Below are positions 9,168 through 19,040 of a DNA stretch of 64,000 nucleotides, in pieces; positions within the stretch are counted from its first letter, which is position 1; each line of letters starts with the position of its first letter. The DNA is from a virus (Duplodnaviria; Heunggongvirae; Uroviricota; Caudoviricetes), in IMG/VR virus record IMGVR_UViG_3300032030_000012, positions 114,756-178,755 of that record. One strand, 5' to 3'. The position numbers were made by a program, and so were the translations under genes. Below the pieces are notes generated by a model that did not search any database, was not told the origin of the DNA, and was given only the letters and a program-made list of their open reading frames with translations.

Positions 9168-10109
9168 TTACTTGTCGTACAAAAAGAGATTCCCCAGTGG
9201 GTAGCCTTCATTTACTCGCTTGATAGCATCAGCAAACAAAGGAGCGATAGACAGTACTTCAATCTTTGGTTCCTGTTGATAAAAAGGTACAGTGTTTGTT
9301 ACAACGATCTTCTCAGCAGCTGATTCTCTAAGACGTTCTACAGCCTTATCAGCAAAGATAGCATGAGTAGCTCCAGCATAAACAGCTTTAGCTCCTTTTG
9401 CACTGCAAATATTAATAGCTTCTACCAAAGTACCACCTGTACTAATCTCATCATCAAAGATTAAACAAGTTCTTCCTTTGATATCTCCTACAATATCTAC
9501 AGCTTTCGCACTATCACTATTGTCTTCACGTTCCTTATCGATCATAGCAATTGGACAACCTAAAAGCTTTTTATACTTATGAGCTTTTTTAGTTGAACCC
9601 GCATCAGTTGCTACTACAGTGATATCTTCAAGATGAAGTGATTTGAAATAATCAGCTAACATGTAAGTTGCTGTTAAAACATCACACCCAATATCAAAGT
9701 ATCCCTGAATAGCAGGATTATGAAGATCGCAAGTCATAATACGATCTGCTCCAGAAGCTTCGATCAGTTTAGCCATTAACTTTGCAGTTATAGGTACTCT
9801 AGGCTGATCTTTTTTATCAGAGCGAGAATACATGTAGTAAGGTAATACAACGGTAATGCGACGTGCGGAAGCTCTTTTTGCAGCTTCTACTGCAATTAGA
9901 AGTTCCATGACCCTTTCGTTGACAGGCGGTTCAGTTGTTTGAATGATGAAAATGTCTTGCTCCCTAACACTCTCGAGAAACTGAACGAAATTGTTATCGT
10001 TCTTGAACTTGAATGAGTTCATCTGTCCTAACGGAAGATCGAGACACTTACATACCTCCTTAGCAAACGGTACAGCACTGTTACAAGCGAAAATCTTTAT
10101 GTCTTTCAT
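9168..10109 (-). CDS. prs: ribose-phosphate pyrophosphokinase (PRPP synthetase)
   Basis: 313 aa full-length Prs (DLHNPAIQGYFD, VVATDAGSTKKA, DDEISTGGTL); locally GC-richer than neighbours. Confidence 0.9.
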   Translation of the reverse strand: MKDIKIFACNSAVPFAKEVCKCLDLPLGQMNSFKFKNDNNFVQFLESVREQDIFIIQTTEPPVNERVMELLIAVEAAKRASARRITVVLPYYMYSRSDKKDQPRVPITAKLMAKLIEASGADRIMTCDLHNPAIQGYFDIGCDVLTATYMLADYFKSLHLEDITVVATDAGSTKKAHKYKKLLGCPIAMIDKEREDNSDSAKAVDIVGDIKGRTCLIFDDEISTGGTLVEAINICSAKGAKAVYAGATHAIFADKAVERLRESAAEKIVVTNTVPFYQQEPKIEVLSIAPLFADAIKRVNEGYPLGNLFLYDK

Positions 10110-10197
10110 TTCTGTAGACCTCCTTCTAATATTTATAACAAATTAAAAAAGAAATTGATATATCAATCAATTTCTTTTCTTTTATATTTTATCTTTT

Positions 10198-11118
10198 CTA
10201 ATTATTTTCATTAGTATTTGTATCTTCAGTATTAATTTCATTATCTTGATTTTGTTTATTTTCTTGATCTGCTATATAATTTTTAATATCTCTAAATGAT
10301 TTGAATTCTTGATGTGTAAATCCATCTCCCAAATCTATATCATAATAGGTATAATCAGGAGTAAATGATCTATAAAGAGTTTTACCTCCTTTTGGTGAAT
10401 ATCCATCTGTTGTAGCTTTATCTGAAGCCCACATTCCATTTGCACATCCTGAAGCACCTACTTTAAAACAACAATATTTATCACAACCTATTGACATTGC
10501 ATCTTGTAAAAATTTTCTCATTTGATTTAATCTTGTTGGAGAGATATATTCAGGCCACCAATCAAATATTGATAATTGATTATAAACATTAGAAATTTTC
10601 CATTTAGCTCCTGGATAATTACCATTGCTTAACATATCATCTATATTTCTTATTACATTAGCTGGTACTGTATTTGAATAATCTACTGATTCAAATTTAT
10701 TGGTTTTATTTATTAATTTATTTTCATCTAGATATTCATCATCATTATATTCTTCATCGTCTTCAAAATCTGTATTAAAATCTTCTTTAGAATATCCACA
10801 ATCATAAGTTTGTCCAGGGCCTTCTATAGATATTAATATAGTATTACCCATTCCAGGATCTTCAGCTTCTTCATCAAATATTTCTTTTAGTCTATTTATT
10901 TTAGTTAAATCATCTTGATCAGGTAATTCTTCATAAATATCATTTAATTCATCTTCATCACCATTTAATATATTTGTAAAAGCATATTCAAAAGCTTCTA
11001 TATCTAATGGGTATTCTCTTTCTTCTACTATCCAATCTTCAATTAGATCTCTTCTTGTTTGAGGTCTACGTTCTGCACAAGCAGTATTTAAAAAATATGT
11101 AAATTTATATTTAGCCAT
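10198..11118 (-). CDS. hypothetical protein (acidic)
   Basis: ORF track. Confidence 0.5.
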   Translation of the reverse strand: MAKYKFTYFLNTACAERRPQTRRDLIEDWIVEEREYPLDIEAFEYAFTNILNGDEDELNDIYEELPDQDDLTKINRLKEIFDEEAEDPGMGNTILISIEGPGQTYDCGYSKEDFNTDFEDDEEYNDDEYLDENKLINKTNKFESVDYSNTVPANVIRNIDDMLSNGNYPGAKWKISNVYNQLSIFDWWPEYISPTRLNQMRKFLQDAMSIGCDKYCCFKVGASGCANGMWASDKATTDGYSPKGGKTLYRSFTPDYTYYDIDLGDGFTHQEFKSFRDIKNYIADQENKQNQDNEINTEDTNTNENN

Positions 11119-11133
11119 TTTAATTCTCCTTCC

Positions 11134-11469
11134 TTATATTTCTGAAAGATAAGCATAAACAGTTTGCTTAGATCTTTCTTGTTGAGGTAATTTAATATCA
11201 AAAGTCACTTCAAATTCTATATCATCTAAGTTTCTTGCTGTTTCCATTGTTTCAACAGTAGCATTATCTATATTTTCAAAATAAGTTTCTTGTTCAAGAT
11301 TTTTCTTTAAATTATCTAAATTCTCATAAGTCTCTTTGAAAGAATCATAATTACTTTCATATCCAGAACCTACGAATTTAACTCCATATTGTTTTTCACA
11401 ACCTAACAATTCATATAAATTATTTAACTCATTTACCTTCTGAAATAATGTTTCTAAGACTATTACCAT
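11134..11469 (-). CDS. hypothetical protein
   Basis: ORF track; TAATATTTTAC motif upstream. Confidence 0.5.
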   Translation of the reverse strand: MVIVLETLFQKVNELNNLYELLGCEKQYGVKFVGSGYESNYDSFKETYENLDNLKKNLEQETYFENIDNATVETMETARNLDDIEFEVTFDIKLPQQERSKQTVYAYLSEI

Positions 11470-11496
11470 GCTTAATTCTCCTTATATATTTACTAT

Positions 11497-11507
11497 TAAT
11501 ATTTTAC
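11497..11507 (-). promoter_or_regulatory. conserved phage promoter-like motif TAATATTTTAC (coding strand GTAAAATATTA)
   Basis: Exact copy about 30 nt upstream of the start at 11469. Confidence 0.45.
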
Positions 11508-11527
11508 TAAATTAAGAAAGAAGTTCT

Positions 11528-13423
11528 TTAATTAGAACTTCTATTTAAAAGTAACCTGATAGTAGTTTCACTAGCTACATTAAGAGTATTGATATCATCT
11601 ACTGTTTCTCTATTTCTACATCTAGATATTCTAAGTAGATATAAATTCTTTTTAGGTCTAGTTAAAGCTACATATTGTAAATTTCTTTCTTGTTGCTGAG
11701 CATCTTCAGTTTGAGAACCATATACATAAGGAAATCTAGGATAATCATAAATATATACATTATCAGCTTCTCCACCTTTCATCATATGTATAGAAGATAA
11801 AATAGGAGCTTCTTTATTTATATTTCCTTTTAAGAAAGAATCTATATATACTTCTAAATCTTTTACAAGTATAGAACTACAATTTTCTTTATAATTATTA
11901 ATCAAAGATTCTACTACATCATAATATTCAGCAAGAACATTATCTTGCATACCATCATATACAAAAGAATAATCTCCTTCTTCTTTATATTCTTTCATGC
12001 AATCTAATAAATAATCAACAGTATAATTAGATTTAGAAATAGGTTTCTTTAATGTCTTAGCATTTTTAACTAATCTTTTAAAAGTATTTTGCATATATTC
12101 CCTATCAGATTTAGATATTTTCTCATCACTTTGTTTCCAATCGATATTTGCTTCTTCACATAATCTATATAACTCTTTTTCAACATTTAAACATTGATTA
12201 TATCTTTTTATATATTCTTTAATAACTCTTTTAATTTCATTTACAATAGTTGTTACCATTTCAGTATTTTTAAATTTAACTGAAATCTTATCATCAAGTA
12301 CTAATTTTTTATATAATCTAACTAAATCATTATTTCTTCTTGCAAGAATTACATCATTTGCTTTAATATTTTTAGTTAAATCAATTTCATCTAAAAATTT
12401 AACTTCTCCTTTATCATCTCTTTTATGGTTCCAATCGATTTCAGGTACTATATCTTGAGCTACTTTAATTACATTTTCAGGACATCTATAACAAATATTT
12501 AAAGGTAATTCATTTAAAGCAAAATTCTTTTTTAAATTTTTAATAGATTTAGTATCAGCTCCAGCAAAAGCATAAATACTTTGTTTTTCATCTCCTACTG
12601 CAATTAATCGAGTATCAAAATTAATAAGTAGTTTTAAAAATAATTGTTGTAATACTGATAAATCCTGAGTTTCATCAACTAATACAAAATCTAAATATTG
12701 ACGAGTAGTCCAAGGAACATTCATTTTATATAAACAAGGAAAATATATCATATCAGTATAACCAACTCTATAAATAGGTTTTCCAAAAGAATCTAGTTCA
12801 GGATTTTCAAATTCATATTTAATTTTATCAATTGCTTCTTCTATAACTTCAGGAAATTTTCTTAATCCTAAATCATCCCAATTTTTCAAATTCCAACATA
12901 AACGAGGAGCTAGTTTATATATCTCATCATAATCATGATAATTAACATTATATAATCTAGAATAATTAACCATTTGAGATATTTCTCTTAATACATCTCC
13001 AAGTAAATCTTTAAAATCAGAATCAGATAATTCAGCATTAGCTATTCTGAATTCAGTATCACATTTTTGAGCAAATGAATTTTGTACCCATTCTTTAATC
13101 CTATCATCATGCTGATCTACTTCAATTATATAATTCTCTCCATGTTTCTTATATAAATAAGATCTTAAAAAAGTTAATCCTAAACTATGTAGAGTTTTAA
13201 TTTGTACATTATCAGAAATAATTCTAGTTTGTAACTCTTGTACAATTGATTTATTAAATGCTAAAAATAAACATTTTTTATCTTGAGCAATAATTTTATC
13301 AGCTATTAAACATAATGTAGATGTTTTACCAGATCCAGCTTTTGCATCTACAAGTAAATTTCCATTATTACTATCTATATAATTCAAAATATTTTTTTGA
13401 TAATTACTTGGTTCAAATGACAT
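11528..13423 (-). CDS. UvrD/PcrA-like superfamily-1 DNA helicase
   Basis: Walker A AGSGKTSTL, VLVDETQD, YRCPENV, VALTRPKKNLYLL. Confidence 0.85.
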   Translation of the reverse strand: MSFEPSNYQKNILNYIDSNNGNLLVDAKAGSGKTSTLCLIADKIIAQDKKCLFLAFNKSIVQELQTRIISDNVQIKTLHSLGLTFLRSYLYKKHGENYIIEVDQHDDRIKEWVQNSFAQKCDTEFRIANAELSDSDFKDLLGDVLREISQMVNYSRLYNVNYHDYDEIYKLAPRLCWNLKNWDDLGLRKFPEVIEEAIDKIKYEFENPELDSFGKPIYRVGYTDMIYFPCLYKMNVPWTTRQYLDFVLVDETQDLSVLQQLFLKLLINFDTRLIAVGDEKQSIYAFAGADTKSIKNLKKNFALNELPLNICYRCPENVIKVAQDIVPEIDWNHKRDDKGEVKFLDEIDLTKNIKANDVILARRNNDLVRLYKKLVLDDKISVKFKNTEMVTTIVNEIKRVIKEYIKRYNQCLNVEKELYRLCEEANIDWKQSDEKISKSDREYMQNTFKRLVKNAKTLKKPISKSNYTVDYLLDCMKEYKEEGDYSFVYDGMQDNVLAEYYDVVESLINNYKENCSSILVKDLEVYIDSFLKGNINKEAPILSSIHMMKGGEADNVYIYDYPRFPYVYGSQTEDAQQQERNLQYVALTRPKKNLYLLRISRCRNRETVDDINTLNVASETTIRLLLNRSSN

Positions 13424-13649
13424 AATATTTACAACTCCTTTATTTTATACTATTTATAACAACTCATATTATTAAATTTGCTACTACTATTATATTACAG
13501 TTTTGAAAAAATGGAACGAGATTTATTAAAATAAATTTAGGAAAATTTTTGGATCTGAGCAATCCATTGAAATAAAAAGCTTCGAATACAGTTTTTTAAG
13601 AATTTTTGGACAAATAGTCAGTATATTTATAAGGCAAAACTCTATATAC

Positions 13650-13770
13650 TCTATATAATGATATAGTCATATACTTATATAATGATATCACTCAATTCTC
13701 ATTTCTGTTTCAGATTCAGATCTCTTTATCAAATTTCAGATTCAATTATCTGTTTCAGATCTGTTCTGGA
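13650..13770. repeat. iteron-like short direct repeats (tatataatgatat x2; tgtttcagat x3)
   Basis: Seen directly in the ORF-free region. Confidence 0.5.
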
Positions 13771-13794
13771 AATGATTTTTGACAGATTTGTTAA

Positions 13795-14400
13795 ACACCA
13801 CCAGACAACCGATTTATAACACGGACAGCATCCACTTCGTGTGACGCTCGTGTTTTGGAAGCAGAAGTCACCTTACCCTCCTCTCTAAAATCAATAAAAA
13901 ATTGACGTTAGAGATGAGAGTAAAGTGCCCGAAAAAATAGTGAGAACCTGGCTGGGGTGCTCACTAGAACAATTTTCATAACGCGTGATTACGCGCTTCG
14001 TATAGCTTTCGGCCACATGCTAGATACTACTTCCTCACCAAGACTCGCTTATATGAGGGTCCTATAAAGATTTTACAAGTAAGTCGGTTACTGTGATTAT
14101 ATATCTTACTTGTAGTAATTTGTATTTCGTTTCTAGTTACCTGCTATCATCTATTTACTTGATTCATACTGTGTTCAAATATATTGGAAATTACATTTGA
14201 ACAACTGAGGTAATTAATATTTGCTTATGAACTTTCTATATATGCATCGCACGAGGACGGGATTAAATTTGTTCGCAGCTCGCGAGATGACTCTTTAACA
14301 GCCGACAAAACAGCACAACCGAACCGCGCCTGGTACTTGGAGATCGAACTTAGACAAGTTGAAATACCTTTCCATCGGTCAAATTCAATTATTATTATTT
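13795..14400. other. GC-elevated ORF-free core with many local hairpins (candidate structured RNA or acquired fragment; class unknown)
   Basis: No ORF of 60 aa or more in six frames; GC visibly higher than flanks; stems such as gtgag...ctcac and gcgtgattacgc. Confidence 0.3.
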
Positions 14401-14944
14401 ATATAAAAATAGTATCGCAACTTCTATATAAACTTTAATAATATCTTTTATATCTCCCTTAACGTTGTGTTGCCAGTTATTTATTCAATCTAAATAGATT
14501 AAGTAGATTTCCTATCAACTACTCCTCAATATGCTTTCCCATATATCTTGATTATGCTGTATGAAATTATATTAATATTTCATTCCCTATAATCTTGTTT
14601 TGAATCAATTATAGTTTAAATAGAACTACTTTAAAAATATAGTTTATCTGATGTGTTATACAAACCGTTACAAGAGTTCCTTTTTATAAATGTATACCTC
14701 GACTCTTTTGCACGTTAATTTTTTACTTTATAGATTTTATCCCAGGGCAAGGGACACCAGATTTCTGTGATCAGCCTAAGAGGCATTTCCGTTACGAGTT
14801 ATTCTAAAGGAGGGATTAGCTTAAATATCAAAACTTATTTATCTAATTTTCATATGACGCTCTAGAACCTACTTTTAATGTTATATAAAACTATCTATAT
14901 CTGGTCATAGATAGAATTTTAATTTACTAGATATTTATAACATC

Positions 14945-14993
14945 TTTTTAAAACAAATTAATAATCATGTGAAATTTTTATCACATGATTATT
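14945..14993 (-). terminator. rho-independent terminator after the 5'-3' exonuclease gene
   Basis: 13-bp perfect stem aataatcatgtga/tcacatgattatt with 8-nt loop and downstream T-run on minus. Confidence 0.6.
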
Positions 14994-15009
14994 ATAACAT
15001 CTTAATTTT

Positions 15010-16116
15010 TTAATTTTGATTAAATCTTTCAAATAATCCTCCACGAATAATTTTATTATCTTCTCTAATTGGTAGAGATTTATCAAGATCTTCTATTTTT
15101 AAATGATCTATAAGATGAGAAATTCTATTATATAAAGCTTCTACATCTAGAGTTTTAATTTCTAAATCATCTAGAATAGAATAAATCTGAGGTCTATTAT
15201 TATTTTCAAAAGGCATACAGTTACTATAAATAGTTGTTTTAATATTATTGATTACATCATCAGTAATATCATCATCAATTAATTTCAAGTTTGTAAGTAA
15301 TATATTAGTTAAAAATTGATCTTCATTAAAATTAAGATAAGCTTTTCTTTTAGGTACATCCATTTCTTTACATGCTTTATCTAATTCTTCTTCTGTTTTA
15401 GGAAAAGCTCTTTCTTTATCTATCAAAGAACTAAATAACTTATATAAACCAGGAGCTGTTTTTTCTCCTACTTGAAAACATGCAGAAGGAATATTATCTG
15501 AAGGATCTCCTACAATACACTTACAACCTATATATTCATCTATATTCATATTCTTTTCTTTAAGAGTATTTATATCCCACATTTCTTCTTTCATAGGTCT
15601 TCTTACTTTACATCTTCTATTATCATCTTCATATACAAGTTGTATTAAATCTTTATCATCTGAAACAACAATACTATTTCTACTCATTTTAGAAAGAATG
15701 CAAATTAAATCATCACCTTCCCAATCATTAATTCTAATTGTAGGTATTCCAAATAAAGGTAATAATTGCATTAAATCATTTCTTTGAGTACTATATTCTC
15801 TTCTAAATTCCAAATCAAATAATTGTTCTTCAGTTAAATCTTCATCTTTACATTCAAGTAAAGCTTGTCTTTCAATATTCTTTTTATAATTAGGATATAT
15901 TTCAAGTCTTCTTCTTGATAATCCTCCATCAAATATTACAACTGGATAGAAATTCCAATCCTTAGATTCTTTAATAATAGATCTAAGCACTCCATATATT
16001 CCACCTGTTCTTTTACCTTTAGAGTTTATCATTTCCCATTGATTTGGTTGACTAAGATTTCGATGTAGTAAATATGATCCATCAAATATTAGAACTCTAT
16101 TAAAGTTAATATCCAT
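15010..16116 (-). CDS. 5'-3' exonuclease / flap endonuclease (PIN-like, T4 RNase H / Pol I 5'-exo family)
   Basis: N-terminal VLIFDGSYLLHRN, acidic clusters, helix-hairpin-helix-like region. Confidence 0.75.
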   Translation of the reverse strand: MDINFNRVLIFDGSYLLHRNLSQPNQWEMINSKGKRTGGIYGVLRSIIKESKDWNFYPVVIFDGGLSRRRLEIYPNYKKNIERQALLECKDEDLTEEQLFDLEFRREYSTQRNDLMQLLPLFGIPTIRINDWEGDDLICILSKMSRNSIVVSDDKDLIQLVYEDDNRRCKVRRPMKEEMWDINTLKEKNMNIDEYIGCKCIVGDPSDNIPSACFQVGEKTAPGLYKLFSSLIDKERAFPKTEEELDKACKEMDVPKRKAYLNFNEDQFLTNILLTNLKLIDDDITDDVINNIKTTIYSNCMPFENNNRPQIYSILDDLEIKTLDVEALYNRISHLIDHLKIEDLDKSLPIREDNKIIRGGLFERFNQN

Positions 16117-16243
16117 ATTTAATTCCTCCTAAAATCAATTTTAATAGCTTTTTTATCATTAAGCATAAAATAATATATCTTTAATTAAAACAACTTAATA
16201 TATTATAAATATGCTTCAATTAAAGATATATATTATAACATTT

Positions 16244-16876
16244 TTATCCTTCATTTTGCTTATGTTGATAAACAAGTCTATTTCTTATCTCCTTTATAGC
16301 TTTCATAGGATAAATTTTATATTTATCACATAAAATTCTTATTTGTTCATCTGTTTTAGAATTATATATAATATCATCTTTAGCTTCTCTAGATAGAATT
16401 ATTTGTTTTTTAGAATTAACTTTAACATGTTCATTTTCTGTAACATATACATCTATACCAAATTTATATATTCTTTGTTGTGGAATTTCTACTTCTTTCT
16501 TTTTAGGTTTAATAGTTCTTTCTCTTTTTATATTTAGATTAAAGTGATCTTTTGCAGCATTAATTACATTATTTAAATCTTCAATTGATATAGTAGCTAC
16601 ATAATTATATAAAGATCTTTGATCTCCTGTATGTAATGTATCTAATTCTACATACATATAATCATTATTAACTTTAATTCTATAAAATGATCTTTCTCCA
16701 TATTCAGTAGGTTTTACTTTCAAATAAGTAAATTTTTGTCTTTGAAATTCATCCGTAAAAGCTGATAAAATTAAAACATAACCAGAACCAGCGCTCATAC
16801 CTTCATAATGTTCTTCATATTGATTTATACTTTTAACTGACCATATAGTTCCTCTTTTTAAATAAATATTCCACAT
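16244..16876 (-). CDS. hypothetical protein
   Basis: ORF track. Confidence 0.5.
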   Translation of the reverse strand: MWNIYLKRGTIWSVKSINQYEEHYEGMSAGSGYVLILSAFTDEFQRQKFTYLKVKPTEYGERSFYRIKVNNDYMYVELDTLHTGDQRSLYNYVATISIEDLNNVINAAKDHFNLNIKRERTIKPKKKEVEIPQQRIYKFGIDVYVTENEHVKVNSKKQIILSREAKDDIIYNSKTDEQIRILCDKYKIYPMKAIKEIRNRLVYQHKQNEG

Positions 16877-16891
16877 AATAAAACCCTCTAT

Positions 16892-17458
16892 TTATACAAT
16901 TCTGTTCATTTTAACAAGTAATTTTCTATCTTCTTCAGGTAATTCTTCTTTTTCTATTAATTCTTGTAATTTTTCAGTATCTCTATATTTCCAATCCATA
17001 ATTTCGTAAATTGAAAAATATGATAAAATTTTAAATTTATCTTTGCCTTTTTCTAAATTATTTAGAAATAAAGCCACTTGTGTTTTTAATCTATTTGTAG
17101 GTACATTATATCTTTTACTAATTTCTTGTATTCTTAGATCTACAACTTCATTATTGCCTTCATTTAAAAATATATCAAATACTTCTTCCATGAATGCAAT
17201 TGCTACTTTTTCAGACCAGTCATTTTTACCTCTTTTATAATTAATGTCTTCAAGAGTTTTAACTATAGTTCTTCTTACAGAAATGTTAGAAAAATAAGAT
17301 GTTGTTATAAACAAATCTTTATCTTCTTCACAAACAACATTAGGCTGAAAATGACCATAGGTTTGAATATAGTCTTCTAAAGATATTCTCTTTAATAACC
17401 TCCTTCCTAATTTTTCAAATTTGTTAGAAAATCTGTTAATTGTTTTACAACTATCCAT
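16892..17458 (-). CDS. hypothetical protein
   Basis: ORF track. Confidence 0.5.
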   Translation of the reverse strand: MDSCKTINRFSNKFEKLGRRLLKRISLEDYIQTYGHFQPNVVCEEDKDLFITTSYFSNISVRRTIVKTLEDINYKRGKNDWSEKVAIAFMEEVFDIFLNEGNNEVVDLRIQEISKRYNVPTNRLKTQVALFLNNLEKGKDKFKILSYFSIYEIMDWKYRDTEKLQELIEKEELPEEDRKLLVKMNRIV

Positions 17459-17473
17459 TTTTCTATACCTCCT

Positions 17474-17743
17474 TTAAGTTAATTTAATATATTTATATTT
17501 CTCCTTTTGTTTTATAACACTTTCATTTAAAGCTCTACCTTTACTCTCTGATTGCATTAAAGTATTATAAACATCAGGTTCAACATCAAAATATAAATAA
17601 CTAGAGTTACCTTTAAATATAACTCTTAATACTTTTTTATTTTCATCATATCCCATAGCTACTAAGTTTGATGAAAACACTCTTTGCATTTTTATATTAG
17701 TTACAATTTCTTTTATTTGTTCTTGACTTATTTCCATTTTCAT
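17474..17743 (-). CDS. KTSC-domain-like small protein
   Basis: MGYDENKKVLRVIFKGNSSYLYFDVEPDVYNTLMQSESKGRALN resembles the KTSC domain pattern. Confidence 0.45.
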   Translation of the reverse strand: MKMEISQEQIKEIVTNIKMQRVFSSNLVAMGYDENKKVLRVIFKGNSSYLYFDVEPDVYNTLMQSESKGRALNESVIKQKEKYKYIKLT

Positions 17744-17749
17744 TCTCCT

Positions 17750-18301
17750 TTAACTAAAATCTCCTGATGAAAATCTATATCCATCTACATTTCTGCAATA
17801 ATGAAAATTATCTGGATTTTCAAGGTTTCTTTTATCTTTCTGTTTATCATCTATTATTTTTAACATTTCTTTAGGAGTAAGTTTTTCATTATATTCATTT
17901 ATAATAATTTTATCTTTCATATTATCCTTATTAGTTATATAATTTTTAAATTGCTCATATGAATGCCATTCATCTTGGTCTTGAAAATTAAATAACCACC
18001 CCCAAGAAGATTTTCCTATATGTTTAGCTTCTCTTTCATGAATAGATAAAGGATAATCTAATCCATATCTTAAATCAGATGCTATCCTATCTAACATTTC
18101 TTCTATTTTATCATTAAATGATTCTTTAATGGTTTCTAATTTATTCTCATCTAAAACTTTTATTATATCTTCATATTCTTCATTTATTAAATCTTGTATT
18201 TTTTGTTGAATAGAATCCACATTTTTAGATCTTAATAATTCATCTATTTTTTGATCTAACTTAAATTTTTTTCGATTCATAATATAATAATTAGTTCCCA
18301 T
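17750..18301 (-). CDS. hypothetical protein
   Basis: ORF track; preceded by terminator, TGnTATA -10 and RBS. Confidence 0.5.
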   Translation of the reverse strand: MGTNYYIMNRKKFKLDQKIDELLRSKNVDSIQQKIQDLINEEYEDIIKVLDENKLETIKESFNDKIEEMLDRIASDLRYGLDYPLSIHEREAKHIGKSSWGWLFNFQDQDEWHSYEQFKNYITNKDNMKDKIIINEYNEKLTPKEMLKIIDDKQKDKRNLENPDNFHYCRNVDGYRFSSGDFS

Positions 18302-18329
18302 ATTTTAAAAACCTCCTATATACTATAAC

Positions 18330-18370
18330 AACTTGAAAAAATAAAAGTCTATATATGAATATAGACTTTT
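18330..18370 (-). terminator. rho-independent terminator
   Basis: 12-bp stem aaaagtctatat/atatagactttt plus T-run. Confidence 0.6.
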
Positions 18371-18389
18371 AATAAAATAGTATAGGAAT

Positions 18390-18560
18390 TTACATAGTAG
18401 GGTCTAGTAAAGGACGATCATATTCATATTTAACACAATACATACTTGTTTTATCACGGTATACATTTACAGTAAATATATTCTGACTACACTCATTTCT
18501 AAAAACACAATATTTACAAATTGATTTATTATATAATTCTTTATCCTTATTCTCACCCAT
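18390..18560 (-). CDS. small Cys-rich hypothetical protein (56 aa)
   Basis: Unlisted ORF MGENKDKELYNKSICKYCVFRNECSQ...; RBS aaggagaatctattATG. Confidence 0.3.
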   Translation of the reverse strand: MGENKDKELYNKSICKYCVFRNECSQNIFTVNVYRDKTSMYCVKYEYDRPLLDPTM

Positions 18561-18580
18561 AATAGATTCTCCTTTATCAG

Positions 18581-18826
18581 TTATATTTTTAATAGCTCTG
18601 ATATTAGAGATTCTATTGAATTTTTTAATGAATCATAATCTTTATGATTTTTTAATATATCTTTTAATTGAGCTGCAACAGCATCTTTTCTAATTGAAAA
18701 TCTTAATAATTCTTCATTTTTAACAAATTGATCTCTAACAACAGTTAGTTGATGTACTAATTTGTTACCTTCTTCAATAATATCTTTATCTACTTCCATG
18801 ATAACACTCCTTATATTGCTCTGCAT
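18581..18826 (-). CDS. hypothetical protein (likely true start at 18800, after RBS AAGGAGTG)
   Basis: ORF track. Confidence 0.5.
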   Translation of the reverse strand: MQSNIRSVIMEVDKDIIEEGNKLVHQLTVVRDQFVKNEELLRFSIRKDAVAAQLKDILKNHKDYDSLKNSIESLISELLKI

Positions 18827-18981
18827 TTTTTAATCTTAGAAAGTGGAAATCCTCTTCTATAAGCTTCTTTCTTTTCTTTAATTTTAGCGAGTCGTTCCTT
18901 GTACTTTAAATAAGTTTCACAGGTTGCATGACAACCAGGCTTTCTATTTGTACAATTATAACAACTTGCTCCAGACAACAC
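18811..18981 (-). CDS. small zinc-ribbon-like hypothetical protein (GTG start, 56 aa)
   Basis: Unlisted ORF ...SCYNCTNRKPGCHATCETY...; GAAGAAGGTGG RBS directly after a TAATATTTTAC motif. Confidence 0.3.
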   Translation of the reverse strand: MLSGASCYNCTNRKPGCHATCETYLKYKERLAKIKEKKEAYRRGFPLSKIKKCRAI

Positions 18982-18997
18982 TGACCACCTTCTTCAT

Positions 18998-19008
18998 TAA
19001 TATTTTAC
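18998..19008 (-). promoter_or_regulatory. conserved promoter-like motif TAATATTTTAC
   Basis: Exact copy upstream of the small ORF 18811..18981. Confidence 0.45.
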
Positions 19009-19013
19009 AATTA

Positions 19014-19040
19014 AAAAGAGATGAATTAATTCATCTCTTT
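19014..19040 (-). terminator. perfect 13-bp palindrome at the tdk stop (possible terminator or regulator site)
   Basis: aaagagatgaatt|aattcatctcttt. Confidence 0.35.

Noticed and set aside
13795-14400. tmRNA or tRNA hypothesis for the GC-rich core (CCACCA at 13798; GTTCGATCTCC on the minus strand at about 14340)
   Set aside because: Could not assemble a tRNA-like domain with acceptor stem, nor tmRNA 5' GGGG...TTCGAC pairing; left as unclassified candidate RNA.
14991-15003. TGTTATAAT-like element overlapping the exonuclease stop codon as a promoter
   Set aside because: It would fire directly into its own terminator hairpin; probably coincidental in AT-rich DNA.
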